From the IMG/VR virus record IMGVR_UViG_3300030104_004245, positions 57,759 to 121,758 of that record: a stretch of 64,000 bases of DNA; one strand, 5' to 3'. This document shows positions 18,264 through 27,596 of the stretch, one piece after another (the first letter of the stretch is position 1; each line of letters begins with the position of its first letter). The translations under genes and the position numbers were made by a program. A model generated the notes under the pieces. The model was given only the letters and a program-made list of their open reading frames with translations. It had not been told where the DNA came from and ran no database searches. Source of the DNA: a virus.

Positions 18264-18785
18264 TTACTTTTTTCTTTTCTTATGAGATCCTCCATACTTT
18301 TTAGGGCTTGGTTTAGAATCTCCGTCTTGTTGTTTTTGAATCATGGTTTTGTTATTTAGACTATTTATAAGATCTAATTTTTTCATTCTTGCTGCTAAAA
18401 GTTTTGTAGTATCTTTTAACAATTTATTTTCATCTTGGATACCATCTAAAGCTTGCATTAATTCCATAGGGCTATGGTTTAACATCATTTCTTTTTTTGC
18501 ATTTAATAAAGCATCTTTTCTTTGTTTAAACAGCATAGCTTTTTTTCTCATCATCATAGAATCCATCATAAGCTTTTTTTCAGCATCAGTTAATTCTTTT
18601 TGAGTCATATTAGAAGGCTTCATTGGACCAGATCTAGAACCACCAGGTGCAGGAGAAGAACCTCCTTCTTGAAATTTAGGTTTACGCATTGGTCTTCCAC
18701 CACCCATTGAATTACCAAATGCTCCACCTTCTTCATACATTCCTGGAACTGAGTGACCACCAAATTTATATTTTTTATATTTCAT
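18264..18785 (-). CDS. Lys/Met-rich protein with multiple xxxGG motifs
   Basis: KYKFGG, VPGMYEEGG, PKFQEGG, KKYGG. Confidence 0.75.
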   Translation of the reverse strand: MKYKKYKFGGHSVPGMYEEGGAFGNSMGGGRPMRKPKFQEGGSSPAPGGSRSGPMKPSNMTQKELTDAEKKLMMDSMMMRKKAMLFKQRKDALLNAKKEMMLNHSPMELMQALDGIQDENKLLKDTTKLLAARMKKLDLINSLNNKTMIQKQQDGDSKPSPKKYGGSHKKRKK

Positions 18786-18799
18786 AATTAAAACCTTCT

Positions 18800-18814
18800 T
18801 ATATTATAATATAG
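18800..18814 (-). promoter_or_regulatory. Candidate phage late promoter
   Basis: TATATTATAATATAG on + strand, 14 nt from minus-strand ATG 18785. Confidence 0.65.
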
Positions 18815-18862
18815 TAAATTTTCATAGGATTAACAACTGTTAATAGAATTAATTAAACTATC

Positions 18863-21800
18863 CTACCATATGAATCCTATACCTGTTGCACTATCCTCTA
18901 CATCATAACTATCAACACCCCAACCATGCATTGTGCCATATTCAGCTATAACGTCTGGATATTTAAAGTCTAAATAACTTTTTACTTGAGCCTCTTCTTC
19001 TTCATTTAAAGCTTTATTAAAAACTATAATCTCAAATATTCTACTTTCAGTGTTTGCTGAGTTTGTACCCCAACCATATTTTGTAAATCCATTACCTCCT
19101 GATGAATTTGCTCCTATACTTACTCTAGGTTCTCCACTTACAACACTGCCGGTTCCCAGTGTATTAAGACCTATTTTTATTTCAAAACTTCCACTATTTC
19201 TTTCTGATGTAGCAGTCATTTTATTTTGATTATGTGCATAAGTTTCCGTATAACCAGATCTAGGAACGTATCCATTTCCTACAGTATCAGTTACCCATAT
19301 TGGCATACGTGCTCTTATATTACTGGGATCTGCTTCGGGACCATTATTATGTGAGGTATAAATAACTCTATTACCAGAAGCAAGATAATTTGTTTGAACA
19401 TGATTAAACCTAAAAGCATGATTTTTATTAGTACCCCCAAGTTCTGCATGATTAGAAATATCAAATGCAGGACCCCATATTCCATTAGAATTGGTAGCAT
19501 GTCTATACGCAGACCACCATGAATGACAAACTGCATTTCCGCTCATATCATTACCTTCTATTCTAAATAAAGTTCTTGCACCTAATGTATTAGAATCAGA
19601 ACCATCAATATCAAAAGAAGCTGCAGTAGCAATTATAAATACAGTCATATTTTCCTGTTCTAAAATTAAATCAGAAAACTTATTGGTTGCTACACCTCCC
19701 CAATCTGTCATATTTCCATTGTTATTCATATGACCACCTATTAAACCCTTATTTTGAGTATTTGAATCCATATTTGGTTGAGTTGTATCTTGACAATCAA
19801 TATAACCCAACCCTGCTCTTTTTCCACTAGTTAGTGTTCTATACGTAGGTTTATATTGATCTTGATCTGCTAGTGCGGGGAATCCAAAAGATCTTAAAAA
19901 AGATCCCATCTTATCTCCATTAGCATCACCTGGAGCTTTATTATTTACTCTACCCACAAGCTGACCTGAAGTAGTAACAGGCGTTGAACCTAATACATCT
20001 TGAAATAAAGTTGATTTATCATTAAAATCCCACCAACCAACTAAGTTATCTATATTTGATAACCAGCCTGAAGCTCTAAATGGATATCTATATTTATTAG
20101 CAAGATAGTTAAACAACCAGTTTCTTTGACCAAATGTAAATCCTGATAGTCTTCTTCTTTCATGTCCAGTATTAAATGCTAATATTTCATATATTCTTCC
20201 AGGAAAAGTATTTACACCTGTTGTTATATCTGCACCTGAGCCAACATCTTTATTTGTAATTCTTCCACCAAAACTTATTTGTGGTCCATATGCAGAACCA
20301 CTAGAAGTAGATCCTGTAGACCAATTAAGAATATGTTGAGGTAAAGTTCCTCTACAAACTACTTTTTGATTTACATATAAAGCAGTTGCTTTAGTACCTG
20401 GTCTAGCATCAAAAACAATCCAATAATAATGAGCTGCAGATAACCATGAACAATTTGTACAATCTTCTTGAGTGAAAACTCCTACTGATGACATTTTTGT
20501 AAAGGCACCTAGATTACCAGCATTATCTCTTTCTTGAAATTTAACAACTAATTTTCCTGTATCCTTTTCTACATATAAAGTAAGAGTGACCTTACCTATA
20601 TTAGTAATAGAAATCCATCTAGGAACATCTGCTTCAAAAATTACCCAGTCTTCAGAAGGCATTGCTCCTGTTATAATTCTATTATCCGGCTTTACAACTA
20701 CCGCAAAACTAAATTCATGAGATGTTTGATGTCTGCCTGAACCACTAGTAAATTGTGTATATCTATTATATCCACCGGTACTATAATTTTCTCCTCCCCA
20801 AGTTAATATGTTATTGTTAATATCTCCTGATGCAACTCCTGTTCCAGCATAATCATCAAACATACCAGTAACCAAAATACCTTTTCCAGATGTTGTAACA
20901 GAAGGTAATTCTTTTTCACAATTTTGACATACTGTATATATATTTGGAATTGAAGTTGTATTAGTATTTAAGGTAGGTCTATATCCAGCAGCATCTTTTT
21001 GTGCTCTAACAAAAGAACCAAGAGCATATTTAGTTTCCGCAGAAGCAGTTCCACCAGTATAACTAAACCCTGGAAAAGAATCAAAATTTGGAGCAATCCT
21101 CCAATAATGTGGAGATCTTTGAAAAGGACTTTTACTGTTTCCAGCTTTATTAAAACAATAAGCAATTGAACTTCCATGATCATCTTGGTCTACATATCCT
21201 GCACAAGTCTCAGGACCTTGACCTGCTCCTGGAGCACATGTTGTATCAACAGTTTTCCATAAAGTATTTAAATCAGTAAAGTCATACCACATTAAACAAT
21301 TTCCCCATGAATTAGGATTTAAACCTCCAGTTCCTACATCCCAACATCCATTTTGTTCACTTCGCAATTTTACAGAATTTGATGCTGTAAACCATGTTCC
21401 ATTTGATCTATATTTTTCTTGAAAGTATAAGTTAAATTGCTCTAATTCACCCTTACTTAATGTTCTATCTATTACAATAATTTCGTATATGACTTCTTGT
21501 GCGTTTGTTTCTTGATCTTGTGTGCTACATGTATTATTTGCACAAGCAGATCCTATATTAAGCCATCCTGCTTCATAATTAAAGTTAAGAGGTGTTCCTA
21601 TACTTTTTTTATTTCCTAATGCTTCTTTACTTTGTGAATATAATTTTAAATAATGTGTTTTAAAACCACCTTCATAAGTTGTAGCAGGATGATCTTCTTC
21701 CCCTTCCATAATAGTATGAACCATTATTGCATTTCCAAGATCATATTTTTTATCATTTACAAGTTCACTATTAGCACCAAGATGTGCATCTCTAACAGAA

Positions 21801-22477
21801 AGAATATTATCTTGATCAGGATCAGCGGTTTTTGTATTATTATTAGTAAAAAGAGATTCCTCTTTAAAAAAATTAATTTTTTTAAGGGTGCTGTCTGCTG
21901 TATTTGTTCTGTGAATACCAAATATTTCCATTTCAGATGTTGGTGTGGCCGTACCAGTAGTAACTGTTAATCTTTTCTTTACAACAAAAGTTGTCATTCC
22001 TCTTGCAGTACCTCCTGTTAAAGTTGACCATTTAACACCATCTTGAACTCCTCCAAATCCTGCAGCAGCAGAAGAAACCAAAGCTTCATAACGCTTAGTA
22101 GCCCAAGTTGATTCTCCATAAAATGTTGCTCCTTTAGGATCGTGTCTTGCTTGAAATGTATCAGAATATCTGGGAGTATCTGTTGTGTTTGGATCACTAT
22201 TTAAATAAGTTCTTGCAAAATTTCCAAGTCTTTTTGTTGATGTAGATTTGTTATCTACCCTTCTAAAAGCTTTATCTGCACCTGTAATAGCACCTGTTCC
22301 ATCCGCATATTGCCACAAAGTACTTTGATCTCCAAAGTCATACCACAATACAAGTTCTTCTGGATCTACAATTGTACTTGGACCAAATAATTCTGCACTA
22401 CCTTTTCTTTTTGCATATTGATTAGTAGTATGACCTGACTTTAAAACCTTTGAACTTCCTGCTGATATATTTGGCAT
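18863..22477 (-). CDS. Putative tail fibre / receptor-binding protein with three LamG/ConA-like domains
   Basis: Three repeats starting W[YW]DFxDxxTL and ending I[YF]EI...Y...KY; Gly/Thr/Ser/Asn-rich. Confidence 0.7.
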   Translation of the reverse strand: MPNISAGSSKVLKSGHTTNQYAKRKGSAELFGPSTIVDPEELVLWYDFGDQSTLWQYADGTGAITGADKAFRRVDNKSTSTKRLGNFARTYLNSDPNTTDTPRYSDTFQARHDPKGATFYGESTWATKRYEALVSSAAAGFGGVQDGVKWSTLTGGTARGMTTFVVKKRLTVTTGTATPTSEMEIFGIHRTNTADSTLKKINFFKEESLFTNNNTKTADPDQDNILSVRDAHLGANSELVNDKKYDLGNAIMVHTIMEGEEDHPATTYEGGFKTHYLKLYSQSKEALGNKKSIGTPLNFNYEAGWLNIGSACANNTCSTQDQETNAQEVIYEIIVIDRTLSKGELEQFNLYFQEKYRSNGTWFTASNSVKLRSEQNGCWDVGTGGLNPNSWGNCLMWYDFTDLNTLWKTVDTTCAPGAGQGPETCAGYVDQDDHGSSIAYCFNKAGNSKSPFQRSPHYWRIAPNFDSFPGFSYTGGTASAETKYALGSFVRAQKDAAGYRPTLNTNTTSIPNIYTVCQNCEKELPSVTTSGKGILVTGMFDDYAGTGVASGDINNNILTWGGENYSTGGYNRYTQFTSGSGRHQTSHEFSFAVVVKPDNRIITGAMPSEDWVIFEADVPRWISITNIGKVTLTLYVEKDTGKLVVKFQERDNAGNLGAFTKMSSVGVFTQEDCTNCSWLSAAHYYWIVFDARPGTKATALYVNQKVVCRGTLPQHILNWSTGSTSSGSAYGPQISFGGRITNKDVGSGADITTGVNTFPGRIYEILAFNTGHERRRLSGFTFGQRNWLFNYLANKYRYPFRASGWLSNIDNLVGWWDFNDKSTLFQDVLGSTPVTTSGQLVGRVNNKAPGDANGDKMGSFLRSFGFPALADQDQYKPTYRTLTSGKRAGLGYIDCQDTTQPNMDSNTQNKGLIGGHMNNNGNMTDWGGVATNKFSDLILEQENMTVFIIATAASFDIDGSDSNTLGARTLFRIEGNDMSGNAVCHSWWSAYRHATNSNGIWGPAFDISNHAELGGTNKNHAFRFNHVQTNYLASGNRVIYTSHNNGPEADPSNIRARMPIWVTDTVGNGYVPRSGYTETYAHNQNKMTATSERNSGSFEIKIGLNTLGTGSVVSGEPRVSIGANSSGGNGFTKYGWGTNSANTESRIFEIIVFNKALNEEEEAQVKSYLDFKYPDVIAEYGTMHGWGVDSYDVEDSATGIGFIW

Positions 22478-22479
22478 AA

Positions 22480-24585
22480 TTATGTTACTATTTTTAAACC
22501 AACGTCTATATTATTAACAGCTGGTGATTGATTATATTTCCACATAATATATTGTACTATATGATTTTGTTGATTAATATGCAATGCATTCATATTAGCG
22601 GTTTCAAATATCATAACTTCATATATTCTCCCAGTCCATTGATTAGTTGTGACAGGACTTACAGCTTGGTCAGCAGTAACATCAAAGTTAGCAATTTTAC
22701 CACCTATAGCCATCATAGCTTCACCAGCAGTTGTTGAATTAAGAGAAATTATACTAACAGGATTTAGAGTACCTGTATCTTTTACAGTTGAATTAAGAGT
22801 TACTTCTCCATTCCCAGGTATATACATATAAAGTTTATTATTATCAGTTCCTGCAACCATTTCTACCTTCATTACTGTTAAAGCACCTCCCGAGTTTCCT
22901 CCTTGATCTAAAGTTAATGTACCCAATCCACAACCATTTTCTATAAAGTTAGTCTTATAATGAGCAGGTAATGGTGCACCTCCCCCGGTTAAACTAGGTT
23001 CTTTTATAATATTATATTCATTTAAAGTAGTACCACAAAATCCTTTTCCTTTTGCATTAAACAAATACCGGTCATCTTGATGAACTCCAATATTACTGTA
23101 AATAATATACATAGTAAAACGGTTAGTTAAGGCACTACCATTATTAAATTGAGTAGCTGAAATACCTCCCCAATCTGCAGCAGAAACTCCTCCTGTTGGA
23201 TAGCCACCAATAAGTGCTTGTTGAAATCCATTAAATCGTAAATAACCTTGACCTGAAGCAACATTACCAGTATTACCTGTAGGACCATACCAAGTTCCTT
23301 TGTTATTAGCACTATCATTGATTGTTCTTAAAAAATTACCATATCTCATAGGGTAATCTACACAATTACCACAATTACTAGCAGCTGCTTTATTATATAC
23401 ACGTCCAACTTTACTACCATTTGTTACAGCACCACCTGTCCCATCAGCATTTTGTGTCATCCAACTTGGATCAGTAAAGTCATACCAACCAAGCATGTTT
23501 CCCCATAAATTGGGACCACCTAGATTAGCTGGATAATCTTGGTTCTGAGCATATTGGTCTGTAGCACATTTATATTTATCTAATAAATAATTGTGTACAT
23601 CTTCTAATTCTGCTTTAGATAATATTTTATTATAAATTATAACTTCAAAAATACAACCATTAAGTTGTGTATTTGCGGTTTCTGATGTACAAACATTATC
23701 AGTGCAATCTGCACCAAATTCCATCCATCCCCCACCATGGTTTTGAGTTTGAAGTTTTGAAGTAGTTCCACTAACTCCTATAGTTCTATTACCACTTTTA
23801 TACATGTAGTATTGGTCATTAGGACTACCAGCAACACTTTCAGATCCTTGTTCTACTGTCCATATTTGAGTAGCAGATTGTAAAGGCATTCTAACAGAAC
23901 TTGACTCTAATACGGTATTTGAAGCACCATTGCTATGTTTAACATCTAACTGTATTTCATCATTACCAGGAGATTGAGCAAAATATCCAATATCAAATTC
24001 ATCTTCATAATATGTAGCACCGCTTGAATTGTTAGCAACAGCAACAATCCTCATATCAACAGTGTGACCTTCTTTAGTTGGTCCATCATTAGGTTGAAAC
24101 ACATAAAAAGAAGTTATAGCTCCTGTGTTTGTTGTTTGCCTTGTCCATATTCCTGGTGACATTCCTCCAAAGCCAGGTGCTGCAGAGGTAATAAGCCCTT
24201 TATCTGCACCTACACTCCATCTAACAGAACCATTACCATTACAAGTAAAGCTGTTAATCTTGTATAAAGGACCCCCTAATCCATTAGCATCAAATGTTCT
24301 TGCAAATTTTCCAAATTTATCTGGTTGATTGGCAGTTTCACCAAGAGTAAATGCTTTGTTATCTATTCTAGCAACTCTATCATCATGCGTAGTAACAGCA
24401 ACTGTTCCTGCAGCATCTTTCCATAAAGTACTTGTATCACCAAAATCATACCACGCTAATAAATATTTTTCGTCCACAATAGTATTAGGATTAACAGCAT
24501 CAGCTGCACCCTTTCTCTTTGCGTACTGATTAGTGGTAAAGCCACTTTTGGCTATTTCTGAACTTCCAGCACTTATATTAGGCAT
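22480..24585 (-). CDS. Putative tail fibre / receptor-binding protein with two LamG/ConA-like domains
   Basis: Two WYDFxD...I[FY]EV...KY repeats; N-terminus MPNISAGSS..KSGxTTNQYAKRKG shared with the adjacent gene. Confidence 0.7.
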   Translation of the reverse strand: MPNISAGSSEIAKSGFTTNQYAKRKGAADAVNPNTIVDEKYLLAWYDFGDTSTLWKDAAGTVAVTTHDDRVARIDNKAFTLGETANQPDKFGKFARTFDANGLGGPLYKINSFTCNGNGSVRWSVGADKGLITSAAPGFGGMSPGIWTRQTTNTGAITSFYVFQPNDGPTKEGHTVDMRIVAVANNSSGATYYEDEFDIGYFAQSPGNDEIQLDVKHSNGASNTVLESSSVRMPLQSATQIWTVEQGSESVAGSPNDQYYMYKSGNRTIGVSGTTSKLQTQNHGGGWMEFGADCTDNVCTSETANTQLNGCIFEVIIYNKILSKAELEDVHNYLLDKYKCATDQYAQNQDYPANLGGPNLWGNMLGWYDFTDPSWMTQNADGTGGAVTNGSKVGRVYNKAAASNCGNCVDYPMRYGNFLRTINDSANNKGTWYGPTGNTGNVASGQGYLRFNGFQQALIGGYPTGGVSAADWGGISATQFNNGSALTNRFTMYIIYSNIGVHQDDRYLFNAKGKGFCGTTLNEYNIIKEPSLTGGGAPLPAHYKTNFIENGCGLGTLTLDQGGNSGGALTVMKVEMVAGTDNNKLYMYIPGNGEVTLNSTVKDTGTLNPVSIISLNSTTAGEAMMAIGGKIANFDVTADQAVSPVTTNQWTGRIYEVMIFETANMNALHINQQNHIVQYIMWKYNQSPAVNNIDVGLKIVT

Positions 24586-24600
24586 GATAAATTAATTTAT

Positions 24601-25014
24601 TTAAACTATGTCTTCACTTCTATTAGGTCTTCCAATTGTACCAGATACATGAACTTTACCTGTAGATGTTGCTATTATAACTTTTATGTGTTCTTTTGGA
24701 AACATATTACCATGACCCCCTGCATCAAATGTATATGCAACTCCTGTAGGAATTGTTACTGCTGTTGCTAAAGATCCATTAGGTTTTAATGTTTGAACTG
24801 TAACAACATCTGTACCAGCACTTCCTCCTATATTATATATTGTAACATTGTGCCATGCATTACCTAACACATGGGTTCCTACTGCAGAATACTCTTTAAA
24901 ATAAGGATATCTATACTGATCATCAGCAGCATTTACTAGAGTTTTTAGTCTATCTATAATATAATTTATAGCCCAAGGCCAATTTAAATTTTGTGATTGT
25001 CCACCTTTTCCCAT
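24601..25014 (-). CDS. Hypothetical beta-rich virion protein (137 aa)
   Basis: ORF directly downstream of the 25043 motif, leading the fibre genes. Confidence 0.65.
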   Translation of the reverse strand: MGKGGQSQNLNWPWAINYIIDRLKTLVNAADDQYRYPYFKEYSAVGTHVLGNAWHNVTIYNIGGSAGTDVVTVQTLKPNGSLATAVTIPTGVAYTFDAGGHGNMFPKEHIKVIIATSTGKVHVSGTIGRPNRSEDIV

Positions 25015-25022
25015 AATTTTTA

Positions 25023-25057
25023 TATCTTTGTAGTTAATACTTTATAGTATAATATAC
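25023..25057. promoter_or_regulatory. Interleaved divergent promoters
   Basis: TATCTTTG (+, 25023-25030, host-type) and TATAGTATAATATAC (25043-25057, late-type motif) within one 59-bp gap. Confidence 0.55.
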
Positions 25058-25073
25058 AAAAAAAATTGTTCAT

Positions 25074-25268
25074 ATGAAAAAACTTCAACAGCTATTAAAT
25101 CATTTTCATTTACAATTTCTTCCTGAAGAACCTCTTTTAGGTATATCAACAGAGACAGGAGGAATAGAACTTGAAACTGATATTTATAGACCTTATTGGC
25201 AAATACACTTTGGTTTAATATTTTTTAAACTTTCTTATTCAAATATTGATTACAACAGTAGGTTATAA
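25074..25268 (+). CDS. Small hypothetical protein (64 aa)
   Basis: ORF between the promoter element and nrdJ. Confidence 0.6.
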   Translation: MKKLQQLLNHFHLQFLPEEPLLGISTETGGIELETDIYRPYWQIHFGLIFFKLSYSNIDYNSRL

Positions 25269-25344
25269 TCTAAACTTTGACTATATTATTATTACCTGTC
25301 TATCTCAGGGAAATACATTTATTAACTACTAAATAACAAAAAAC

Positions 25345-27204
25345 ATGGAACTAAATAACAAGATCCTGAGTGATATCACTGTCCATATGAAATATGCACG
25401 GTATAATCCAGAAAAGAAAAGAAGAGAGACCTGGAATGAGTTGGTCACTAGAAATATGGAAATGCATATTAAATCATATCCAAAGTTAATGAATGAAATC
25501 ATAGCTGCTTATAGTTATGTAGAAGAAAAAAAAGTATTACCATCTATGAGATCAATGCAGTTTGGTGGTAAACCAATTGAGATTAGTCCTAATAGAATAT
25601 ATAACTGCGCATACCTTCCTATAGATCATATAGATGCTTTTAGTGAAACCATGTTCTTGTTACTTGGTGGAACAGGTGTAGGATACTCTGTACAAAAACA
25701 TCATGTAGATAAACTCCCATTAATTAATAAACCATATCCAAAAAGATCAAGACGTTATTTAATTAGTGACTCTATTGAAGGTTGGGCAGATGCTATTAAG
25801 ATGTTAATGAAGTCTTACTTAAATGGTAAAAGTTCACGTATAGTATTTGACTATTCAGACATCAGACCTAAAGGTGCTAGACTTGTAACATCAGGTGGTA
25901 AAGCTCCTGGACCACAACCATTAAAAGAATGTATACTTAAAATAACAGGTATACTAGATAGCAAAGAAGATGGAGATTCATTATCTACATTAGAAACACA
26001 TGATATTGTTTGTCACATTGCTGATGCTGTGTTAGCTGGTGGTATTAGACGCGCTGCTCTTATTAGTTTATTTAGTGCTGCTGATGATGAAATGATATCT
26101 TGTAAAGCTGGTGCTTGGTGGGAACTAAATCCACAACGTGGTAGAGCTAACAACTCTGCTGTGCTTATGAGACATAAGATAACTAAGTCTTTCTTTATGG
26201 ATCTGTGGAAAAGAGTAGAGTTAAGTAAAGCCGGTGAACCTGGTATATACTTTAACAATGATAAAGACTGGGGAACTAATCCTTGTTGTGAGATTGCTTT
26301 ACGTCCTTTTCAATTCTGTAACCTTTGTGAAGTTAATGTAAGTAATATTGAATCTCAAGAAGACTTAGAGTCAAGAGTTAAAGCTGCTGCATTTATAGGA
26401 ACACTTCAAGCAGGATACACTAACTTCCACTATCTCAGACCAGTATGGCAAGAGACTACAGAAAAAGATGCATTGATTGGTGTGTCTATGACTGGTATAG
26501 GATCTGGTAGAATACTTGGTTATGATATGGAAGCTGCTGCTAAAGTAGTAAAGAAAGAGAATGCACGTGTTGCTAAATTAATTGGAATTAAAAAGGCTGC
26601 TAGATGCACAACAGTAAAACCTGCTGGTACAACATCATTAACACTAGGAACTAGTTCTGGTATTCATGCTTGGCATAATGACTACTATGTAAGAAGAATC
26701 CGTGTAGGAAAAAATGAAGCTATATATGGATATCTTGCTAAGAATCATCCTGACCTAGTAGAAGACTGTGTATTCCGTGGTCATGACACTGCAGTTATAA
26801 GTATACCCCAAAAAGCCCCGGAAGGCTCTATCTTAAGAACTGAATCTGCCTTTCAACTATTAGAAAGAGTAAAGAAGGTAGCAAATGAATGGGTAAAAAC
26901 TGGACATAGAACTGGGTCTAATACTCATAATGTTTCTGCTACAATTAGTTTAAAAGATGAAGACTGGGAGTTAGCTGGTGACTGGATGTGGAAAAACAGA
27001 GATCACTACAATGGTTTAGCTGTTCTTCCATATGATGGTGGTACATATACACAAGCTCCGTTTGAAGATATTGATAAAAAGAAGTTTAATCAAATGGCTA
27101 AGTCACTAATGGACATTGATCTTTCTAAGGTCATTGAAGAAGATGATGAAACCAATCTAACTGGAGAGCTGGCATGTGCTGGAGGAGCATGTGAAGTCAA
27201 GTAA
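25345..27204 (+). CDS. nrdJ: Class II (adenosylcobalamin-dependent) ribonucleotide reductase, monomeric RTPR-like
   Basis: RRETW, LPSMR, YNCAY, GGTGVG, GGIRRAA, TNPCCEI, TTVKPAGT, C-terminal ACAGGACE; no small-subunit gene nearby. Confidence 0.92.
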   Translation: MELNNKILSDITVHMKYARYNPEKKRRETWNELVTRNMEMHIKSYPKLMNEIIAAYSYVEEKKVLPSMRSMQFGGKPIEISPNRIYNCAYLPIDHIDAFSETMFLLLGGTGVGYSVQKHHVDKLPLINKPYPKRSRRYLISDSIEGWADAIKMLMKSYLNGKSSRIVFDYSDIRPKGARLVTSGGKAPGPQPLKECILKITGILDSKEDGDSLSTLETHDIVCHIADAVLAGGIRRAALISLFSAADDEMISCKAGAWWELNPQRGRANNSAVLMRHKITKSFFMDLWKRVELSKAGEPGIYFNNDKDWGTNPCCEIALRPFQFCNLCEVNVSNIESQEDLESRVKAAAFIGTLQAGYTNFHYLRPVWQETTEKDALIGVSMTGIGSGRILGYDMEAAAKVVKKENARVAKLIGIKKAARCTTVKPAGTTSLTLGTSSGIHAWHNDYYVRRIRVGKNEAIYGYLAKNHPDLVEDCVFRGHDTAVISIPQKAPEGSILRTESAFQLLERVKKVANEWVKTGHRTGSNTHNVSATISLKDEDWELAGDWMWKNRDHYNGLAVLPYDGGTYTQAPFEDIDKKKFNQMAKSLMDIDLSKVIEEDDETNLTGELACAGGACEVK

Positions 27205-27340
27205 GTATTATTATTTTGAAAAAGGAAAGGTAATCTTTACTGCAGCATACCTTCGTAAAAGAGGGTATTGCTGTGGTAATGGTTGTAGGCATTGCCCTTT
27301 TAAACAAATGGAACGCCAGGATCAAGACCCACGCTCTTAA
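27191..27340 (+). CDS. DUF5522-like Cys-rich small protein (49 aa; not in ORF track)
   Basis: GTG start after GGAGG; YYFEKGKVIFTAAYLRKRGYCCGNGCRHCPF. Confidence 0.8.
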   Translation: MKSSKYYYFEKGKVIFTAAYLRKRGYCCGNGCRHCPFKQMERQDQDPRS

Positions 27341-27557
27341 GATCCTCAAAAGTTCCAATGACATAATATGTATTATCTGACATATATAAATCTAAGATGT
27401 ATGAATATTCTTTATTAAGTTCATCATACTCTTCTTTAGTTATTTTAAGAATCTTTTTGTTTACAGGCATATCCCCAATGTAAAAACTGATACTATCAGC
27501 AGTATATAAATATAAGGAGTTACATCTATCTTCATATATATAAGATAGTAAACTCAT
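27300..27557 (-). CDS. Hypothetical protein (85 aa)
   Basis: ORF downstream of the 2070-aa gene; 3' end overlaps the DUF5522-like gene. Confidence 0.6.
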   Translation of the reverse strand: MSLLSYIYEDRCNSLYLYTADSISFYIGDMPVNKKILKITKEEYDELNKEYSYILDLYMSDNTYYVIGTFEDLKSVGLDPGVPFV

Positions 27558-27596
27558 GTTAATTAACTGTAAGTTTTATGTTAAGCTTATGTTAAA

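Noticed and set aside
18863-24585. Diversity-generating retroelement acting on the fibre genes
   Set aside because: No reverse transcriptase and no near-identical template/variable repeat pair visible in this window.
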